Assembly (NCBI GenBank): GCA_036337435.1
Contig: JAYZEG010000062.1
Location: 130,817-194,816 of the forward strand
Reading direction: 5' to 3'
Length of the DNA stretch: 64,000 bases
Source of the DNA: Myxococcota bacterium
GTDB taxonomy: Bacteria; Myxococcota_A; Bradymonadia; UBA7976; UBA1532
How positions within the stretch are numbered: the first letter of the stretch is position 1; every line of letters starts with the position of its first letter. Made by a program: the position numbers and the translations under genes. Shown piece by piece: positions 57,842 through 64,000 of this stretch. The notes beneath the pieces are model-generated. The model was given only the letters and a program-made list of their open reading frames with translations. It was not told the origin of the DNA and made no database searches.

Positions 57842-60397
57842 ATGAGTACTGACTCACAGCCTAAAATTACGAACTTAGACGAGCTTATTGAGCAGGGTGA
57901 GCAACACTTTGCTCAGGGGCGGGTCGAGGATGCACAGCGCTGTTTTGCAGCCGCTTTGGAGTTAAATCCTGGTCACAGTGAAGCGCTCAATAATCTGGCG
58001 GTCTTGTGTCATCATTCTGGCGATCTGGACCAAGCGGAATTATTTTTTCTGCGCGCAGCCGCGCTCGCGACCGATCCGTCAGATGCATTGCTAAACCTGT
58101 CTTCAATCGCCTGGCAAGCTGCTCGAATTCCCGAATCAACAGGCTATCTCGAGCGGTGCCTGCGCTTGGAGGGGGAGACGCCGCGCGTGTTGGAACAGAT
58201 GAGTTTCATATGTGACTCCATGGGCGATCCCCATGCCGCCGCAGCACTGTACAAAAAGGCGCGACAGCTCAGCACCTCGACCAAGACGGACTGGTATGCG
58301 TCTTTTTGCGAAATCGACATCACGCCGGACCTCGATGACAAGCTTGAGCTCCAAGGCTATTTTGGACCCTCGCGAGTGCCCAAAGAGATTTTGAGCCCCC
58401 TCAAAGCGCAAGTATTGCTTTTTGAGGACGCCTACGGAAAACGAGCATTATTTGTGACCGCTGATATTTTCGGTTTTGGACAAGAAATGGTCGCTGTGAT
58501 CCGACAATTTGCGGCCATTTGGGGCATTGACCCGTCCGCCGTCATTTTAAATGCATCCCATACCCATTACGGTCCTGGCACTGTGTCGCACACAGTGGCC
58601 GGTTTGGGTCGATTTGATCACGAATTTGCCAACGATGTTTGTCAGGCGATTGGGAAGTGCCTTCCGTTACTCTATCAAAACCTACAGCCTGCAGAACTGC
58701 GGCATACGACAGCGGACGCACAGATCGGTTTTAATCGTCGGCGGAGTGTAGACGGTCTGGTGAAAATGGTGCCAAATCCAGAGGCTCATTACGAGACGAC
58801 AACACCTGTGATGTCAGTAAGGTTGCAGAACGGTCAACGCTTGCTGATGGTCAATCATGGGTGTCACCCAACGGGACTTGGCGCGTTGCCTGCGATCAGT
58901 GCGGACTACCCTGGAGAAATGAGAGAGGCGTTAACCCGGACTGACCACGCTGATGTGGTTATGTTTTTCCAAGGTGCCGCTGGCGATATTAAACAAGGTG
59001 TTCAAGTCGACAATCAAATTGGATGGATTGGCGATTATGAATCGGTGCAGATCCTCGGGCAACGTTTGGCTGCGTCGGTTGTCGCCAGCTTATCGGAGCT
59101 CAAGGATGTTCACGGCCCCCTTCGTGCAATGAGGCGTGAAGTCGTTGCGCCCCTGAAGGACAATCCGAGAGACCTGTCTGTTCTCGAGCGTCCAGAGAAT
59201 GCCCAAGTCAGTCGAGAAATGATCGAAAATTGGGCTGCCGTCGTCGATCTCATCCACCCTGATACCAAGGATTCCCTCTCTATAGAACTCGGCTGCGTGT
59301 CCATCGGTGATGTTCTCTTCGTGAGTATGCCCGGTGAGCCCATGGCCATCACAGCCGGCCGCTTACGAGAGATCAGTACTCGTCATGAATCCGTCTTTGC
59401 TCTTGGTTACACCAATGGCTTGGCTGCTTATTTTCCTGCCGATGAAATGATTCAAGAGGGCGGTTACGAAGCAAATAGCTCCTCATTCGTCTATTCTTTG
59501 CCGGCTCCGTTCGATGTCGGTGTAGAACATCAGATTTTAGAAGCGTCGTACATCTCTGGCATCGGCGTCGCACCGCCTGTGGAGACACCGCCCGCATTTC
59601 CGCGTGCTGATGATGTCCCTGGGTCGTTCTTTGTCATGTCGACAGGGCGTGCCGGTACGCAAACTCTCGCAGCGATGCTCAAGATGGCTCAAAATGCCAG
59701 TGTTTGGCATCATCCTCAGCCCTATATGATCCAGGAGACGCTGCATGCCTATCGTGGCGATATTGATCCAGGCCCGACCTTTTGGGCTGGTCGTGGACAA
59801 ATCATTCGAAGTGCCTGGGATCAGGGTTTAATCCACGGTGAGACCGATCATAATATGACCCCCTTCTGTGGCGAAATTGCCAAAGCGGTCCCAGGGGCCA
59901 AATTTGTTATTTTGGTCCGAGACCCAAGGGAATTCGTTCGTTCGGGAATGAGAAGAAACTATTATCGAGGCGTTGGTGAATGGGAAGAGGGTCGTCTGAG
60001 ACCGAGAGACGATGATCCTATCTTCGAGAGCTGGTCTAAGCGCAATCAGTTCGAGCAGGTGTGTTGGCTATGGCGCGAGACTTATGAGCACATTGAGCGA
60101 TTGCGTGGCGAGATCGGAGATGACCGCGTTTATGTATTGCGATTTGAGGACCTGGTTGCCAGCCCTGACGCGACGCGAGACCTTTTTAACTTCATCGGTC
60201 TTGATGGGTATGATGAAGCGCAGGCTCGAGCCATTCTCGGTAAAAAGATGAATGCTCAGCAGGTGGGTGATTTTCCCCATCCATCTCAATGGACAGATGA
60301 GTTGCACAAAGTGTGTTGGCGTGAAGTTGGCGAATTGGCCACTGTCTACGGTTACCCGGAAGAATACCCCAAGCGCCGTGCAGTGGGTGCGGCGTAG
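57842..60397 (+). CDS. Three-domain fusion: TPR + neutral/alkaline ceramidase-like amidohydrolase + sulfotransferase
   Basis: TPRs (about 57.88-58.26 kb); ASHTHYGP, NHGCHPT, ISADYPG, FFQGAAGD, PGEP, GYTNG, GGYE (about 58.3-59.55 kb); STGRAGTQTL, LVRDPREFVRS, LRFEDL (about 59.62-60.37 kb). Confidence 0.82.
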   Translation: MSTDSQPKITNLDELIEQGEQHFAQGRVEDAQRCFAAALELNPGHSEALNNLAVLCHHSGDLDQAELFFLRAAALATDPSDALLNLSSIAWQAARIPESTGYLERCLRLEGETPRVLEQMSFICDSMGDPHAAAALYKKARQLSTSTKTDWYASFCEIDITPDLDDKLELQGYFGPSRVPKEILSPLKAQVLLFEDAYGKRALFVTADIFGFGQEMVAVIRQFAAIWGIDPSAVILNASHTHYGPGTVSHTVAGLGRFDHEFANDVCQAIGKCLPLLYQNLQPAELRHTTADAQIGFNRRRSVDGLVKMVPNPEAHYETTTPVMSVRLQNGQRLLMVNHGCHPTGLGALPAISADYPGEMREALTRTDHADVVMFFQGAAGDIKQGVQVDNQIGWIGDYESVQILGQRLAASVVASLSELKDVHGPLRAMRREVVAPLKDNPRDLSVLERPENAQVSREMIENWAAVVDLIHPDTKDSLSIELGCVSIGDVLFVSMPGEPMAITAGRLREISTRHESVFALGYTNGLAAYFPADEMIQEGGYEANSSSFVYSLPAPFDVGVEHQILEASYISGIGVAPPVETPPAFPRADDVPGSFFVMSTGRAGTQTLAAMLKMAQNASVWHHPQPYMIQETLHAYRGDIDPGPTFWAGRGQIIRSAWDQGLIHGETDHNMTPFCGEIAKAVPGAKFVILVRDPREFVRSGMRRNYYRGVGEWEEGRLRPRDDDPIFESWSKRNQFEQVCWLWRETYEHIERLRGEIGDDRVYVLRFEDLVASPDATRDLFNFIGLDGYDEAQARAILGKKMNAQQVGDFPHPSQWTDELHKVCWREVGELATVYGYPEEYPKRRAVGAA

Positions 60398-60450
60398 CAC
60401 GATTTTTTTCGATGATAGAACGATTTTGCTTAATCAAGGAGTAAGAATCT

Positions 60451-61068
60451 ATGAGTGAGAATTCGGAAAATCCGGTCGATGGGATCGACTTCTCTCTTTG
60501 GACCCTCGATGGACCGGCCAAGAAGGAGCAGGTCGAGACGACTCAGTCAGATGCTCCAGACCAAGGGTTGGGAGAAATTGACATATCCGATTGGTCGTTG
60601 GGCCCTGAAGTCACGTCATCGGAAAGCATGTCTTCTGATGCGCAGGAAACACCTCATCCGACGAGCAATGATGAGTCTGACTTAAGTGCCGACGATTGGG
60701 TCGTTGGCGGTGAAGATGCGTTTAGTCGATCAGATTTGGACGAAGCCGGACGTTGCTTTGAAAGTGCACTTCTACTCGACCCCATCAATTCGATCGCGTT
60801 GAGTAATCTGGGGGTCGTGCATCATACACGCGGCGATTTAGATCAAGCGGAGAGGCTCTATTTGAAGGCAGCCGCATTCAACGAAACCCATGCAGATTCG
60901 TATTACGGCCTCGCACAGCTTTGGTGTGACCGCGGGAATCATGGATTGGCTCTTCGGTATGCTGCACGTGGCTTGACGCGGCAACCTGAGAATGAAGAAC
61001 TCATTGAGTTGGCGACTGCGTTGAGTGAAGTGATTGATGCACATTTAACTCAGCTGCACCCGAGTTAA
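60451..61068 (+). CDS. TPR protein with an acidic N-terminal tail
   Basis: AGRCFESALLLDP, ALSNLGVV, GDLDQAE; AAGGAG SD. Confidence 0.85.
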   Translation: MSENSENPVDGIDFSLWTLDGPAKKEQVETTQSDAPDQGLGEIDISDWSLGPEVTSSESMSSDAQETPHPTSNDESDLSADDWVVGGEDAFSRSDLDEAGRCFESALLLDPINSIALSNLGVVHHTRGDLDQAERLYLKAAAFNETHADSYYGLAQLWCDRGNHGLALRYAARGLTRQPENEELIELATALSEVIDAHLTQLHPS

Positions 61069-62549
61069 GACACACTTGCCCCAGCTTCTCTGAGCATGTC
61101 GATGACGTAATCTTGCTCAGCATCCGTCATTTGCGGATAGAGCGGCAGTGCGATTGAAAGTTTCTCTGCCAGCCATGCGTTCGGCAGATCCATAGGCTGA
61201 TAGCCAAACTCATTACCGTATAGAGATAGACCATGGATCGCCTGAGTCCCCTGGCGAGTTGCAATTCCTTTCTCAGCCAGTTTGTTCATCAGCGTGTTTC
61301 TCTGTCTATAGAGTTCTTCCCAATTACTCTGATTCGGCTCCTTTGGTGCGAATAAACAGACATATGCTTGGTATGAATGCTCTCCGCCCGTTTCAACCTT
61401 TGGGATTCTTAGCCAACCCATAGATCGAAGACGGTGGTCATAGCGCTTGGCCAATTGTCTTTTTCGGGCCAATATCTTGGGGAGTTTTTGCATTTGAACA
61501 CGACCCAATGCACCCTGCATGTCGGTCATCCGATAGTTGTACCCGAGGCGATCGAAGTCGCCTAGGAGGAAGCTGGGTGTCTCACTATCACCACTTTTCT
61601 GTTTCGGTGAGATGCCGTGGGACCGCAACGACCGAATCGAATCCATATACCCTGCGTTGCGGGTGATGAGCATGCCCCCTTCCCCTGTTGAAATCACTTT
61701 TCGAGGGTGGAAACTGAACACGCCAAACTCCCCAAAAGTGCCGACATGCTGGTTTTTGTACATGGTTCCCAGAGCGCACGCTGTGTCTTCTATCACAGCC
61801 AAGTTATGCTGCTGAGCGATCTCCATGATCTGAGCCATCGGTGCAGCTTGGCCAAATAAATGAACCGGCATAATTGCCTTGGTTTTGTCGCTTATAGCCG
61901 AATAAATGCTCTCGGCAGTCACATTAAACGTGTCCAGATCGATGTCGACTAAGACCGGTTTCGCTCGGTTATATAAAACTGAATTAGCACTTGCGACAAA
62001 TGAGAATGATGGCACGATGACTTCATCACCTTTGCCAATACAAAGTGCATTGAGAGCCAGGTGTAAACCCGTCGTGGCCGAGGTGCATGCCGCAGCACCA
62101 GCCGCATTCGTGAACTCACAGACGGATGTTTCAAATTTTTCTACTTCTGGTCCTTGGACAACCCAGCCGGTCTGCAAAGGTTTTTGGATGGCCTCACACT
62201 CATTCTCATCAAACCATGGTTTCGCAATAGGTATCTGCATTGTTTGAGGTCTAGATCCATCTTTGGTTGGTGCACATATGTAGGATAATGTGTTCTCTAG
62301 AGATAGGCCAGCAGTATCTACAGATTCTATAATCTGATGTCTCGTCCTCTCTTTTAATTTGAGCGGGCGCAATTGGTAGCCGACCCCAGCCTCGCCGCGG
62401 ATGGGGATCCCGGCCCCCACCAATGTTTTTATATCTCGGTATACAGTTCTCTCTGAAATACCAAAGATCCGAGCCAACTCAGTTGCTCTGACCACCTTGG
62501 GTTGTGAAAGCATTTTGATGGTTTGTAATAATCGCCTGGTTCTATGCAT
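61065..62549 (-). CDS. YafY-type HTH (HTH_11) fused in frame to a DegT/DnrJ/EryC1/StrS sugar aminotransferase
   Basis: RATELARIFGISERTVYRDIKTL...GEAGVGYQL; the aminotransferase begins at MQIPIAKP (62240) and has EDTACALG, SFHPRKVISTGEGG, GYNYRMTD. Confidence 0.85.
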   Translation of the reverse strand: MHRTRRLLQTIKMLSQPKVVRATELARIFGISERTVYRDIKTLVGAGIPIRGEAGVGYQLRPLKLKERTRHQIIESVDTAGLSLENTLSYICAPTKDGSRPQTMQIPIAKPWFDENECEAIQKPLQTGWVVQGPEVEKFETSVCEFTNAAGAAACTSATTGLHLALNALCIGKGDEVIVPSFSFVASANSVLYNRAKPVLVDIDLDTFNVTAESIYSAISDKTKAIMPVHLFGQAAPMAQIMEIAQQHNLAVIEDTACALGTMYKNQHVGTFGEFGVFSFHPRKVISTGEGGMLITRNAGYMDSIRSLRSHGISPKQKSGDSETPSFLLGDFDRLGYNYRMTDMQGALGRVQMQKLPKILARKRQLAKRYDHRLRSMGWLRIPKVETGGEHSYQAYVCLFAPKEPNQSNWEELYRQRNTLMNKLAEKGIATRQGTQAIHGLSLYGNEFGYQPMDLPNAWLAEKLSIALPLYPQMTDAEQDYVIDMLREAGASVS

Positions 62550-62654
62550 AAGTGGACCGCCCATTGGAATTGGTTGGCAACGATGATTCTGTTTTTATCT
62601 GAATATATGTTCAGTATTATGAAAAGTCCAAAAATCTATGTCAATGTGTTGATC

Positions 62655-63608
62655 ATGCAACGTGTATTTTGTGTCTTTATTACATTGCTGTCGACAGCTG
62701 TTGCTGGGCCTGCATCCAACCTGGAACATGCCGATCAAGCAACGTTCGGCTTGTTAGTCGATGGGTCGCTGACGGGCTCTGGTTTTATCGTCGACCCGTC
62801 AGGATATGCGTTGACCGCGGCACACCAAATTTCCGCAGCTCAGCCAAACCTACACGCTCAATCTAATTTTCTTGGTCGTGTGCGTCTCGACGTGGTTGCT
62901 CTCGATCGCGGGCGAGATATTGCGTTATTGAGGACACGAAATCGGAAGACACGTTACCCCTTTATTCCGCTGGCGACGCAGAGGCTTTCTATTGCGGGGT
63001 CTGTGCATTTGCTTGCGACTCCCAACTATCGACATAATCTGGTGCTTTCTGGTCGCGTCGCTCGGGTCCGAATTGGATTCGAATATTTCAAGGCACTTGG
63101 ACACTATGTGGCCGTTCAATATATTTCGGCCCACGCGCCGGCCGGGACCTCGGGAGGACCCTGGCTTAACCCAGCTGGCCAAGCTGTGGGTATGCAGGTG
63201 GGTTTGATGCATACAGGCCAAGGGGCTAAGCCCGCGCCAGCAGGCGTTGCTTATATGGTACCCGCCAACGATCTCAAGGCGGTCCTAGATAGCCGAGAGT
63301 CGATCGAGCGACCCAGCATGAGGATCGGCGTAGAGGAATTTTGGGAACAGGATGCCGACTATCGTCAGCAATTTGCTGCTGAGACGACCGGTCTCATTGT
63401 TGCTCGGATCTCAAAGTCATCAAGGGCCTATCGGTCAGGATTGCGGCGAGGTCATGTGATTCATGCGGTGGATGGTCGCAGGGTGTCTCACCGAGACGAT
63501 TTCCTAAATTTTATCGGTCAAAAACAAGTCGCTGACCGGGTTGAACTCACCCTAATTGGCAAAAACGGCCAGAATCGGACGATTTCTGTCGTACTGGAAG
63601 GTATATAA
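62655..63608 (+). CDS. Trypsin-like serine protease with PDZ (HtrA-like)
   Basis: GSGFIV, LTAAH, DIALL, GTSGGP; C-terminal PDZ (AYRSGLRRGHVI). Confidence 0.88.
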   Translation: MQRVFCVFITLLSTAVAGPASNLEHADQATFGLLVDGSLTGSGFIVDPSGYALTAAHQISAAQPNLHAQSNFLGRVRLDVVALDRGRDIALLRTRNRKTRYPFIPLATQRLSIAGSVHLLATPNYRHNLVLSGRVARVRIGFEYFKALGHYVAVQYISAHAPAGTSGGPWLNPAGQAVGMQVGLMHTGQGAKPAPAGVAYMVPANDLKAVLDSRESIERPSMRIGVEEFWEQDADYRQQFAAETTGLIVARISKSSRAYRSGLRRGHVIHAVDGRRVSHRDDFLNFIGQKQVADRVELTLIGKNGQNRTISVVLEGI

Positions 63609-63674
63609 ATCTCTATTAATTTCAGACACTAATGAATTGTTTTTAAAAAAAATGAACCGAATGCATAAAAAAGA

Positions 63675-63713
63675 TTGATCAATCAGTGTCCGAGGATCTA
63701 AAGTCGCGCGCTC
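63675..63713 (+). promoter_or_regulatory. Candidate rRNA operon promoter
   Basis: TTGATC-N18-TAAAGT with a GC-rich discriminator (CGCGCGCTC) and an A-tract UP-like element upstream. Confidence 0.5.
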
Positions 63714-63752
63714 GCCGGGCATTCCGGGGAGACTTAGGCGCAGCCTGAATCC

Positions 63753-63765
63753 GGTTCTTTGAAAA
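63753..63765 (+). promoter_or_regulatory. rrn antitermination boxA-like element
   Basis: GGTTCTTTGAAAA in the 16S leader. Confidence 0.6.
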
Positions 63766-63873
63766 TCTAGTTGAATAGAGTCTGTATAAAGTCAGGCTCT
63801 CGTCAAAACTTAATTTACTGAACGCGTGTTTGTACGAAAATTACAGGCAGCATTTATACGAAGCTATAAGATT

Positions 63874-64000
<127 letters not shown>

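Overview
A 64-kb, gene-dense, roughly 50% GC stretch of bacterial chromosome, most likely a Myxococcota/Bradymonadia-type deltaproteobacterium. This is inferred from RomR and GltJ/AgmX homologues, many Cys-rich lipoproteins and the 16S 5' end. Most genes are housekeeping or envelope genes: sfsA, pcnB, ssb, deoC, mobA, acyP, holB, an rpsA-like gene, an RluA-family gene, prc, menB, FadL, Omp85, MMPL, MepA-LysM and glycosyltransferases. The window ends in the start of an rRNA operon. I saw no mobile element, CRISPR array or intact tRNA. The most unusual region is 57.7-62.5 kb. There a candidate sigma54 promoter precedes a TPR + ceramidase-like amidohydrolase + sulfotransferase fusion, followed by a paralogous TPR protein and a convergent YafY-type HTH fused to a DegT sugar aminotransferase. 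Other highlights are a DeoC with a microcompartment encapsulation-peptide-like N-terminus, an orphan flagellin, an ECF sigma factor ending in an SsrA-like LAA degron, a four-repeat helical protein and a Gly/Trp/Gln-repeat SSB. All family assignments come from motifs read by eye; no searches were run. Several starts were moved from the ORF track to more plausible codons.
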